A stretch of DNA of 63,939 nucleotides, the filler included, from Collodictyon triciliatum (taxonomy: Eukaryota): NCBI GenBank assembly GCA_043381765.1. It is 5 parts of 5 records of this genome, joined end to end, with 100 filler letters (N's around TTAATTAATTAA, not from the genome) between each part and the next. Parts side by side here need not be neighbours in the genome. Positions count along the whole stretch, not along the records: positions 1 to 15,111 come from JBHJMP010001717.1; positions 15,212 to 30,310 come from JBHJMP010001718.1; 3 more parts are not named here. The stretch is one strand, 5' to 3'. The stretch's first letter is position 1. Each line of letters starts with the position of its first letter. A program made the position numbers and the translations under genes. The notes below the pieces were generated by a model. The model saw nothing but the letters and a program-made list of their open reading frames with translations. It made no database searches and was not told the DNA's origin. This document shows positions 1 through 22,284 of the stretch, in pieces.

Positions 1-196
1 TTTTCTCTCTTTTTTCTCTCTTTTTTCTCTCTTTTTTCTCTCTTTTTTCTCTCTTTTTTCTCTCTTTTTTCTCTCTTTTTTTCTCTCTTTTTTCTCTCTT
101 TTTTTCTCTCTTTTTTCTCTCTTTTCTCTCTCTTTTTTCTCTCTTTTTTCTCTCTTTTTTCTCCCTTTTTTCTCTCTTTTTTTTCTCTTTTTTCCT
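1..196. repeat. Pyrimidine low-complexity repeat (T6CTCTC)n, intronic
   Basis: Imperfect tandem ~11-12-mer ttttttctctc at the scaffold start, upstream of the acceptor at 275-277. Confidence 0.9.
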
Positions 197-277
197 TGGC
201 TGAATCAGTATTTATTTTTAATGCTATGCACAAGTCTATCGTTTGATTTCGCTTATTGATGACTCCTTGTACCGCAG

Positions 278-477
278 GTGCAGACCCCGACATCAAGGAC
301 AAACATGGAAAGACTGCTAGCTATTGGGCGAGAGAGTCAAACTGCCATATGCTCCTGCAGGCTCTGCCGCCCCCAAAGTTTGACTGGTTGGAGATGGTTG
401 GACCGATTCCTCCAGGGTTTGGCCTACCACCGAAGAAGGTGAAAAAGGCCACGAAAGGGAAGAAAGGGAAAAAGTAA
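278..477 (+). CDS. Last exon of an ankyrin-repeat protein (5' part outside window)
   Basis: Acceptor ccgcag|, then GADPDIKDKHGKTASYWARE (ankyrin GAD.n.kd..G.Tal..A pattern), a Lys-rich tail KKATKGKKGKK and TAA. Confidence 0.75.
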
Positions 478-1725
478 TCTATGTGTCTGTTACCGTCGAC
501 ATGTTTTGTAGGACTGGTAACTGTTTGCTCGGGATTCATCTGAATTGTTTTCCCTTCTGGTAAATAAGCCCTTCATTCTCGGTCCAGCTTGTATGGATAG
601 TCCGGAAGATTAGACATTCTAAAAAGAAAAAAAAGGCAAAGGTCGTGAAGGAGATGTAGCTATCAGCATTAATAAACGCGAAAAGAGACTAGAATATGTC
701 GATTTTACATGCATGTGTGCTGGATTTTTTTTTTTTTTTTGATAATCACGGTATATGCGCTTGTTAACCACACCGCATTACCGCTCTTTATAAAGTCTAC
801 ATCAATTTCATCATATCCGAACACTTATATGATTGTTTTTGTTGTCTGCCTGATGCCCAGTGTAGAGAAAGCCCGCCCAAAGCCACAGCCTTTCACACTT
901 TGATTAGAATGATCTCTGCGATGAAGAACGGCTTTGTCCAGAAAACAAGACAGTTTGCCACCCAAGACTCCAAACTTTTGTGCATTAAATCCTGAGCCGG
1001 CATTCACCTCTTGCATGTTCGCACATGGCGTTTTACATGGATTCAGAACACTGATATGGTGCCATGGTTACTTGTTTGCTTATGTATTTGCCCCAGTTTT
1101 GAAGAGAGGATTGTGGCATTTGCAACGTTAAAATACTGTGCGACCCATTTAACAACATTGTCTGTTTTGATTTGACTCTTTCTTTTCCTTTCTTTTCCTT
1201 TCTTTTCTTTTCTTTTCTTTTCTTTTCTTTTCTTTTCTTTTCTTTTCTTTTCTTTTCTTTTCTTTTCTTTTCTTTTCTTTTCTTTTCGTTATTTTTTATT
1301 TTTTTGTTTTTTCTTCTTCACAAAACTAACCCAAGAAGTGTGTATACGTGGTTGTGGTAGATCGGGTTGAAAAGTCCATAGCCACAATCAGTGCCGGTCA
1401 CTTTAGTTATGACTTGAAAAAAAAAAACAAGGACATCAACCTCGCAGTTGTATTTTTGTTTCGCTCTTTTATATATGTATTACTTTTAATTTGTGTATGG
1501 TTACTAATCTTGTTTTTTTCTTTCTTTCTAAACGAACACCTTCTCGCTTGCTTTCTCATTATGAGACCAAACATATTTTTATATTCATTTATTCTCCCTT
1601 TTAATTGTAATACCGACCCTGATAACGCTGCATTTACTTTCCATGAAATATATGTGCCTACCTGTACCCGATTGTGAATATAAATGAAGTAAAAAGTAAA
1701 GGATTAAAAAAAAAAACAGAGTAGA

Positions 1726-12606
<10,881 letters not shown>

Positions 12607-12929
12607 TGAGACAGACGAGACCCAATAAAGGACTGGCCAATAAAGATAAATAAAAATAATTAAGAGTAAAATATGTAATGCGTGGGCGAATGAACGAATA
12701 AATGATTATAAATATAAATACTTGTCGGGTTCAGATTCACCAAATAAAAAAAAAAGTATGTACCATTTAAACTTTAATTAGATCATTATTTCCAGTCTGA
12801 ATGGCGAGAGAAAAAGATACGAGAACAAAAGGCAGAGTGTTGTTAGTAGTGAAGCGAAATGAGATATAGCGAAGCGAAGCGACAGGCGCAGGAAAGATGA
12901 GAAGAACGGGTCGAGACGGCGAGAGCAGG

Positions 12930-13715
12930 TCAGTGGTTGAGGAGGAAGTGAATGTCCATCTTTGCGCTGGTGTGTAGCTGCGGGGAGACGCTTGTGGCGG
13001 GGCTGTCGCGCAATAAAGCGAGGGCGAGAGCATGCGTCTGACTGTGGTCGTGGCTGTGGCTGTGGTCGTGGCTGTGGCTGTGGTCGTGGCTGTGGCTGTG
13101 GTCGTGGCGAGCCTTCGTCTGATGCAGCAGCCAGCGGGAGCGGCACTGGACATCAGAGCGCGAGGCCACGGCCCTGCTGACGCGCATCCAGGAGGCGGTG
13201 CCGCAGTGGAGGACGGCGCGTGCCAGCGCAGCGTCCTCGTGGGGGAGCCACGCACCCTTGTGCAGGGCGGGGTTCAGGACCCGGTTCCAGCGCTGCGCAC
13301 ACTGCTTGGCGCTCTTGCCAGCCCCGCTCGCGCCGCGGCGACGATGCAGCTCCCCAATCTCTCGCGACACGCGCCTCCAGCCGCAGTGCCTGTCAATTCC
13401 ATTCTCATTCTCGTTGTCATTGTCATTGTCATTAGGATTATCGTGGTCTTGGTGATAATCATGGCGATAATCACTGTGGCTGGTGTTGACTCTGTCCGGG
13501 ATGTTGCCTTCGCTCCGGCTGTGGCAGGCTGCTCCCATCGCCCGCACAACCACTGCGTCTTCCTCCGCGTCCCACGCGTTGACGTGCTGCTTGAAGAGTC
13601 GCGTCTGCCGCACCCCTTCTGCTGGTCGGCTGCTCTCCGGCGTGAACAGTGATATCCGCAGCTCTCCGCCTTCACGTTGTCTCCGCACCCCTCTGCTATC
13701 TTGTGTGAAAAGCAT
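12930..13715 (-). CDS. Intronless R2R3-type Myb DNA-binding protein
   Basis: WDAEEDAVV...GWRRVS...KSAKQCAQRWNRVLNPALHKGAWLPHEDAALARAVLHCGTASWMRVSRAVASRSDVQCRSRW gives two Trp-cluster Myb repeats. First in-frame ATG is at 13715; the frame is open upstream to 13913 through an (AKE/TKE)n repeat. GC-rich. Confidence 0.88.
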   Translation of the reverse strand: MLFTQDSRGVRRQREGGELRISLFTPESSRPAEGVRQTRLFKQHVNAWDAEEDAVVVRAMGAACHSRSEGNIPDRVNTSHSDYRHDYHQDHDNPNDNDNDNENENGIDRHCGWRRVSREIGELHRRRGASGAGKSAKQCAQRWNRVLNPALHKGAWLPHEDAALARAVLHCGTASWMRVSRAVASRSDVQCRSRWLLHQTKARHDHSHSHDHSHSHDHSHSHDHSQTHALALALLRDSPATSVSPQLHTSAKMDIHFLLNH

Positions 13716-13767
13716 GTCTGCGTCTGCTGCCTGCGGTGGAAACAACCCCCTTCTGTTTGGTTTGGTT

Positions 13768-13866
13768 TCCTTGGTTTCCTTGGTTTCCTTGGTTTCTTTG
13801 GTTTCTTTGGCTTCTTTGGCTTCTTTGGCTTCTTTGGCTTCTTTGGCTTCTTTGGCTTCTTTGGCT
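13768..13866. repeat. 9-mer tandem repeat (ttggcttct/ttggtttcc)n upstream of Myb ATG
   Basis: Visible 9-mer array. Confidence 0.9.
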
Positions 13867-15111
13867 TTTCCTGGGGCTGCTAGGTGGATGCTGTGCGTGG
13901 GTCGTGCTTTCAGTCACTTTTCCATTTGATCCTCTCCCAAACACGAGCTTGCTCTTTTTCTATATGCGCGACGCGCACACATATTCACACCCCTGGTGCG
14001 CTCTCGCAGATATGTGAAATGAATCCTTTCAATCGCGCAAGAAAGCGCTTTATATTGCCTTCTTTCTTTCTCTCTTTCACTTTTTTTTTCAATTCTTTGG
14101 TTTGTTTTAGTTTTGTTAAGCAAAGTCGACACTAAGGGGGTTGAAGAAAATCAAAAGCCAAGCAGAGAAAAAAGGGTCTGTTCCTGAAGAGGCCGCGTTG
14201 GGTTGTGCCACGACACCCTTGCCGGATGAGGAAGAATATTCGATGAATGCATCAGCTTTGGGCACCTCGTCTTGCAATTTACTGTACCGGCATGCCCATA
14301 TTGGATAAACACAACAATTGATATCTGCACTATATTCGAAGTATCCTTCCTTTTATGAATTTTGTGGCTTTTCTTCGCCAAATTTCATTTCCATATCCAA
14401 TAAATTCTGGTGAATTTCCGACCCATTTCTGTATTTGGGCTGCGCATTGAATTTTTATTACCCATATATATCATTAATTCGTCACAGGTCGTGTAATGCG
14501 CTGGCATAACTGCAAATTTGGAATTTCATGAGCAGAACTTGCCGTCATCGTGCGTATGTTGGCTCAAATTAAGACAAATATGGCATTAAAAAACAGTATG
14601 GCTCGTGATTCAGAAATGAAGTTTATTCAAAGCCCGTTCTGATAATTTTCCAGAACTTGCATATACTATATTTATATGTATGTTATATATATGTAATTAT
14701 TATTTGCACTAAAGAGGATTATAAATACACTCGTAAGCTTTAAGTAGACAAATAATTTATTTTCCATTTTTGTAAAATCATTTCAACCCAGATTCTAGTA
14801 ATCCAAGTCCAAATACTTCGTTATCATATTTTTTTTGTGCGCTTGCTTGTCGTCTGGACAAAGGCCAACAAATCGAACTGTATACCGCTCGTTTGGGTGC
14901 CAATATCCATGCCGAAGCTGTTGCCAGACCGATCCCACTCGAGCCCTTTACCCATGGCGGTATTGGTTACGAGATAATTCTTTTCATCAATCATTTTCTC
15001 GATGCTGGTCAACTGCTTGCAGAAAGTCGAAGCCGAACCCTGTCCCTAGGGAAACCCTTCATATATACCACTATTAAACCCCCAAACCGCCCCCCCACCA
15101 ACTCCACCACC

Positions 15112-15211
15112 NNNNNNNNNNNNNNNNNNNNNNNNNNNNNNNNNNNNNNNNNNNNTTAATTAATTAANNNNNNNNNNNNNNNNNNNNNNNNNNNNNNNNN
15201 NNNNNNNNNNN
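15112..15211. other. Artificial scaffold linker (44N-TTAATTAATTAA-44N)
   Basis: 12-mer with stops in all six frames flanked by 44 N each side; an identical linker occurs four times. Confidence 0.97.
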
Positions 15212-15373
15212 ATTACCATCCTATTACCATCCTATTACCATCCTATTACCATCCTATTACCATCCTATTACCATCCTATTACCATCCTATTACCATCCTA
15301 TTACCATCCTATTACCATCCCATTACCATCTCATTATCATCTCATTACCATCTCATTATCATCTCATTATCAT
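15212..15373. repeat. 11-mer tandem repeat (ATTACCATCCT)n decaying to (ATTATCATCTC)n
   Basis: Visible array at the scaffold start. Confidence 0.9.
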
Positions 15374-15401
15374 CACACTGTTATTCGTATTGGGACATCA
15401 G

Positions 15402-16956
15402 ATTACATCTCCAAAGGGGCCTCTTCCACCACTCAAGAATGAAGGGAAGCCAACCAACAACCCACGGTCCACTTCAAAGTAGTGAACGCTAGCCTCTTGT
15501 CTTAACCTTCGAGCTTTCTTTCTCAACATAACAAATTATTCAGAGGCTCGAGCCGCCCGGCCCCCGTGTCAGTGCACGCAACAAACTCCGCCAACACATC
15601 AGGTTCAGATGCACATTCTCCGACAGGCAAGGCCGCTTCTTCCCGAGCTTCTTCTACGTATGTATCGTGATCTCCAACGCGCAAGATTGAATCAAACAGA
15701 ATACCAACGACTAACAGCAGTGTCGAATCGATTCCTTTCAAATACATTATCCATTAAGTAAAAATGACAAGCAATTCAAGAAATAAAATTGATTGGTCGT
15801 TCCGCATAATGCTGCAGTCGCAACGGAGATAAGCCCGCACGCTCACCTCCCAAACAGCATCCTGAAATGCGCTACTTCAATCCAGTCGACTACAGACACA
15901 CGCAAGGCAAAGGGCAGAAAGTGATTCTCCCACCCATATCAGCCAAGTAATTAACAATGAACATCAAACTGACATTCTATGTATAGTATCGTATGCTTCA
16001 TGGTTGAAGGTATTTTTCTTTTTGTTTGCGGATGTTACTCTTTGCGAAACTTTCCGGCTAAAAAAAAAAAAAAATTGAAAAAAAATTAAGGTCACCTACA
16101 CAGACCCCAGCTGAATACCAACATGTGAAGGCCAAGGTGGTCACTAGGTATATGCCTGCCACAACTCATCGCATCATAAGAAATGTCGAAAGTACGGTAT
16201 GTTGTTTCTAACATTTGCTGTCATGGACACCAGAAACTTTGAAGCACAGTCCCCTTCGAAGCAGCAACAGCAAGAAGAGCTTCCTCCCTTCCAAATGTCA
16301 GACGTCAAGATATTTGTGGAGCACTGGTAATCTTTTCTCACTCTATTCTTAGTATGTAAATAAGCGTAAGCATATTCACATCACGCAATTTAATAACTGT
16401 GCATAATTGACCACAACCGAAGCCACAACTGCAACGAGCACAAGATGTCTGTTCGTCATGACCCTGAGAAATATGAGAAGTATTCGAAGATAGGTAAGCA
16501 GTAGTTTTTGTATCCATATATTTATGTCCTTGTAATTAATGTAAATAAACTACAACGTGATAGTGATTGATGCAATCGATGGGTGCTATCCTGGTGTCAA
16601 CATCCTCGGTAAGATATTTCGAAAATCTGTCCTAGTACCAACATCGGGAAGATGGCGCATACCACTCATCGACTATGTCTCCATTAACCCATTTCTAGTG
16701 AATTCCGAGCTGGACCATCCGCCTCGCATTGGGTCCTTTGAAATCACCGTCCGCATCCCCCAGCGAAAGGACAAGGTTTCTTTGGGATTATGATGATGTA
16801 TATTATAATAGTAGAAGGGGTAGGAGAGTGTATACGTGTATGACCACTCACCGATGGTGATGGCAGGTTGTCCACTCCAAGCTCAACTCTTTGCATTGGC
16901 CCAACGCCGAGATTCTGCTCAAGAAGCTGGAGGGTGTCCTTGGAGCCCCTGCTTAA
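15402..16956 (+). CDS. Rdx-family (SelW/SelT/SelH thioredoxin-like fold) CxxC protein with disordered N-terminus; 5'-partial, 9 exons
   Basis: Spliced: ...DVKIFVEHC|HNCNEHKMSVRHDPEKYEKYSKI|VIDAIDGCYPGVNIL|VNSELDHPPRIGSFEITVRIPQRKDK|VVHSKLNSLHWPNAEILLKKL...PA*. The IEhCxxC, PRxGxFEI and HSKL...wP motifs are Rdx hallmarks. Confidence 0.7.
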
Positions 16957-17934
16957 GCGGGCCATAAGAACACCGAGGGAGGGAGTCCACTACCACCATT
17001 CCACTACTTTTTTTCCCCACTTTTTCTCTTCTATTTCTATTTCTCTTTCTCTTTCTCTTTTTAACCTCATTCAAAACACCACCACAACCTAGTCAGTCTG
17101 TATACCGTCTGTCACTGTCCTGCCCACCCACTCATCCGTCTCTTTTCTCGTTCCCTCTCCTCTCCTATAAACCCTCTCGACCGGGCCAATGCCAGCACCG
17201 GTGTCTACGCTGCCCGTTTGCCTGTGCCAAATAACAACCCGAACACATCTATGGCCACTGTAAGCGTAATCCCGCCTATGAATTCCCGCTGGCTGGAGCA
17301 GCGCTTCAGGGTCAATATAGATATTTTTTTCTCCTTCGTTGAGTAGAAATCGTAAAATTATCTATAATTTCCAGAAATGGTATGATACCACATGTCCAGC
17401 AAATATGTTCTGCTTTTTGTGAGTAGTATCAAAACCCAGACTAAAACAAAGAGAATCCTGCTTCCAGCAAGCAAACACACTTTGAGAAAGCTCAAAGGAC
17501 TCGTGCATCTTGAGGATGGATTCACTCAAAGGATCTCTTACCTTCTCTTTTGTACTTTATGAAGGCGTTTTGCAGAGGGCCTGCACTTAAACGTTATTTT
17601 CCGACACCACGGATCCGATCGAGCCGCGACCAGAAGAAGATTCCCAACCACCCCCCAAGCGGTTGCGATCGTCTGCCACGTCCAATCAAAAAGGTTCCCC
17701 CCCCCCCCCCCCCCTGAAAGGCTTTTCCTACGCAACGTCCAATAGTATAAGTTTTCCTATTGATGGTACATACCCTGGATTATTTAGACAAGACCCTGCT
17801 TCACTTCATTTATGTTGATGTTTTGCTTTGTTCATCATTATCTTTATCTTTATCTTTATCTTTATCTTTATCTTTATCTTTATCTTTATCTTTATCTTTA
17901 TCTTTATCTTAGTAGTATTATCTTTATTTTTATC

Positions 17935-17986
<52 letters not shown>

Positions 17987-18273
17987 CTTTTTGCTTGTTT
18001 GATTGGTTGTCGATCCTCAAACGGCTATACACCGTTTCCATTTTTTTGTTTGATTTTTTCCCTCTTTTTATTTCAGCCTGTCCGGAATATATATTGTTTT
18101 GTAACAGAAGGCAACTTAATCACAATATTTAATTCAAAGAATTCTAACTCCAGTCATTATCCTTTTTTTCTGGCAATCGCTGGAATTTTAATATCAACAT
18201 TCATATACTCTCGCGAATCGCATTGTAATATCTCTATTTTATCCAGATATTAACTTTTGTTTTCTTGACAGAT

Positions 18274-21200
18274 ATGGAAAACAGTGAAGCTTCTGCAATC
18301 GACAAACATGATGAAGGAAAAGATGAATCTTCGATATGGCCTGCTTTGTCGATACGAAAGAATCATAAGGATGAAATAGTAAGGCTAATGATGCAGGAAT
18401 TGAAGGCCATGGGATTTAGGTTGGTTTGTATATACATACACATTCAGTATGACTCAAATATACTCACACGCTTTAGTCGATTTTAATTTTATCCTCACTT
18501 TTTTTTTGAATTTGACATAAAATAAACACACCATAAAACGGGCATTCTAATGGTATACACTCAAGCAGAAGTTAAGAAAGTATTTATTCAAAAAACTGTA
18601 GCAATTCTGTCGAACAGTTAGAGAAGGAGTCGGGATTGCAGTTGCATGATTCATCGGTTGACGCATTTAGATTTTCTATATTATCTGGAGAATGGGATAA
18701 GGTGTTTCTCATCTCTATTCAACTTTATTGATGGGTTTCTCTTGCTTTTTTTTTTCACATGATTTTCCTATTTTCCTTAAAGTCCATGATAATTCAGAAG
18801 AATGAACGTTAATGGACGAGACAAAAAAATGAATTTAAAGCCACCGGTGTCACAAATTAGACATATTCTAAGTTTTATTTTCTTACTTATAGTCATTTGA
18901 AATCCTTCCTACTCTGTTACAAAAGCCTGACGAAGAAATTGAGGTGTTATCAGATCTTTTATGTGAAAGATATATAATGAAACACAATTAAAATTCCTTT
19001 TAACTACTATCTCTGAATTAAATTGCTACTTCTTTGCCGCATAAATGAACCAATAAATATCATTTTAGAAGGCTTCGCTGTTAATATACAAACAAAAATA
19101 CATGGAAATGCTGGAACAATCAAAATACACAGAGGCTTTGCTTTGTTTGAGAGGCGAAATATCAAAGTTGACTACTGACCACTCGTTTGTACAAAAAATT
19201 ACCAGGTTGATACCTTCAGTATATAAAATCAGACATACATTTTCAACTCCATTTTGTGTGAATGTCAATAATAAAATACATTTCAATATTTTTTTTCAAA
19301 TTATTAATCTACATTTAGCTACATGATGTGTGTCGGTGAAGATCTTTACAAAAGGACTGGTTGGGACGGAGCAAAAGGAAACTCGAGGAAGCAATTGCTT
19401 CAGGATTTAAATGGTCGTTTTTGTTTGATTTCTTTATACAGAACATAACATAGTCTAGTTGGACATATTTTAAATGAAAATGAGACATTAATCGCGGAGT
19501 AATAATACTTGGCATAACAATATTTAAATAAAAAGTTTATTATTTAAAAAATTACTCTTCTAAAATGTCCTTAGTGTGTTTCCTTTATGTAATACCTAGC
19601 CCGGATTGGCTATTACATCCCCTTCTTTATTCGATTCAAAAAATATTTATAGTAGTTTAAAATTGATTTAGATTTCTTGAAACCTTCATTGCTAATACCC
19701 GAAAGTCGTCTCCTCGGATTGCTTGACCAAGCCAGACAACATCAGTTCGACAATTGCCCCTATCATATCCAGAGACACGCCGAATTTTCGTTCCTAGTCA
19801 ATCATAAATGCCCCTCGTAAGAACATATTTATTTGTTATATATAAGATTGATTTTAAAGTAATTTTTGGACGATTGAATTAAAGAATGAATCAGTTCAGC
19901 GCCTGATTCACATAATATCTGACAAACAGAAATGCACTGCCATCCCAAACAATCAAGATTTTAACAGAGCACAAAGATGAAGTATAGTTATATTTGAATC
20001 ATATCAGGGCGATGCTTTTTTTTTTTATTAGTTTAATAATGAGCGTAAAGCTGTTTTTTCCTCTCTATCTCTGCCTCTATCATATCTTCTATCATTTCCT
20101 CTTTTTTTCTCTTGGGAAGGAGGTTTGATGTTGAGTATAATAAAAGTTCTTAACGGAACACAACTTGTGCAGGTATGGGTTGTTTGTTTTTCCAACAAAG
20201 GTGACCGCCTGGCATCTGGGTCCAAGGATAAGACAGTTATTATTTGGGACGTTCAAAACGTAAGTGTAACAAATGTAAAGGGAAAAGAAACACCGAGCAA
20301 GTTTTTTCCCCCAAAATTACACTATGAACGTTATCAAATTCATGACTATTCCGCCAAATTGAGACCCTGCCACCTCTATACATTCATTTAATCTACTCTT
20401 AGGATTATACCCCGCTTCTTACGCTGACGGCACACAAAAAGCCGATTTCGTGCATCTCGTGGAGCCCAGACGACAAGTTTATTATATCTACATCAGAAGA
20501 CCGGGATGTGCTCTTGTGGAATAGTGAGGTATATCTTTCAACTAATTTTTTTCTAAACAATATTACTGCTTCGATGATGCCATCCAGTATATGTTCTAGA
20601 AAAAGATGTGCGATGCGAGATGGCTCCATTCCTTATCTTATTAATGTATATTTTTCACCCCGATAGACTGGCGAGAAACTTGAAGAGTACAAAAGGCATT
20701 ATAACGATGTGACAAGTAAAAAAAATTGTTATATACATGACCATTCTATTTATTTATGTTACAGCAGTCGTATATATCTTCACTCTGAATTTTATTTTAC
20801 AGGCTGCGTTTGGCACCCAGATGGATCTCATTTCTACACAGGTGGGATGGACCAGCGCATCATTCGATGGGTAATACAGCACAGGAGCTGTTTTCAGCGA
20901 ACATGTTATCTTTTATTCTCCTTTTTTTTTCCTTCTTTTTTCATTTTTCTCTATATTTTCCATTTTATTTGCCACTTTTTCGAGTAGACCTTGACACCAA
21001 GTGCAACTCAACAAACTCGCTTATCAAATTCTGTATCTGCACACGGATAAAAGAGTATAGGGAACACACAACCAGAAATCATCGCTGCTCAGCGCGCTTA
21101 TTGTCTTTCCATTACACCTGATGGCAAGGCTATCATCGTGGTAGATGGGTGCAAAATCAGTGGCATATCAACAGAGGACAAAACTACATTATGGTACGGT

Positions 21201-22158
21201 TGTGTATGTGTGTATGCACAAGTAGGAATCACCCCACCACAAATTCATTCTCTTGATAAAGTTATACTTTAGTGTAAAAAATAATGATTAAAAAAATAAC
21301 ACAGTCTTTTTTTAATTGTAAGTATGGAAAGGTTTTGATTGCCTATTATTCATATGTGTATATACTCACCAGTGTCACATACTCATATATTCACGTAGGT
21401 CGATTACAGAGGTCGATGGTATGACATCTCTGAGTGTATCACAAGACGGACGATATGTCCTTGTCAGCGTTAAGATTGGGGTAACTGTGAAGCTGCCTTT
21501 TCGTTTTTCTTCCAACAGAATGCTCCCTTGTAACCATTTTCACCTATAAGGAGCTGCACATCTGGGACACGAAGGAGATGACGCTTGTTCGAAAATACCT
21601 CGTATGTATCTCTCCCACCACACTTTCATGCAACCATCGCCATCGCCATCACCATCAGCAACCAGCAAACGGGGCTGCCCTAGATCTAAATCGAAGTCGG
21701 CCGAGGCTCAAACACACATAAACACACCTATGCATATTTGCACACGGCTGCAGGGACACAAGCACGGACGCTGGATACTCAAGTCTGCCTTCGTCGGTGA
21801 GAACGAGGGATTCGTGGCCAGTGGAAGCGAAGGTTGGAGTCGCCTATCCCATTCATAACCACCCCAATCACCGCCGCAATCACCGCAACCCCACATAGAT
21901 AACAAGGTCTACATCTGGAACCGACGGCAGGGAGGCATCATCCAGGAACTCGAGGTATGCCCACGCCCAGCCCTCCTCTCTCTCCCACGCACCTGCCACA
22001 AGGAGCCCATCCCCTCAACAACGCCACAAACAAACGCGCAGGGGCACTCATCGACCGTCAACGCCATCGCGTGGTGCGCCCATCGCCCGAGCATCCTTGT
22101 CTCTGCCAGCGACGACCACACCATCCGCGTCTGGGGCCCGCCAGCACACAAGGAGTGA
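18274..22158 (+). CDS. WDR26: WD repeat protein 26 (GID7; CTLH/GID E3 ligase subunit), multi-exon
   Basis: LisH (DEIVRLMMQELKAMGF.NSVEQLEKESG), CTLH (FRFSILSGEWDK; LIYKQKYMEMLE), IPESRLLGLLDQA..Q...CPYH, [80 protein letters not shown]...SASDDHTIRVWG; TGA at 22156-22158. Confidence 0.92.
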
Positions 22159-22284
22159 GTCCGGCCATAAAGACCCGCCGTGGAGAAAGGCACGTTCTTG
22201 ACCGCCCAGTCGACAGGCGGCGCACACACCAGAGCACATACTTGCTCCTCTTTTTTAATGTACGGACCGGCAACACGGGCGGGC

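Noticed and set aside
13032-13652. Plus-strand ORFs over the Myb gene
   Set aside because: Antisense shadows of a GC-rich coding region with no motifs.
15156-15167. Recurrent palindrome TTAATTAATTAA every ~15.2 kb
   Set aside because: Always embedded in 44+44 N; it is an assembly spacer with six-frame stops, not a biological site.
15212-15373. Possible telomeric repeat at a scaffold start
   Set aside because: An 11-mer that decays into an intron upstream of a coding exon and is not seen at other scaffold ends.
16324-16432. Selenocysteine codon in the Rdx motif
   Set aside because: The splice gives TG|C (Cys) and the second position is TGC; no in-frame TGA.
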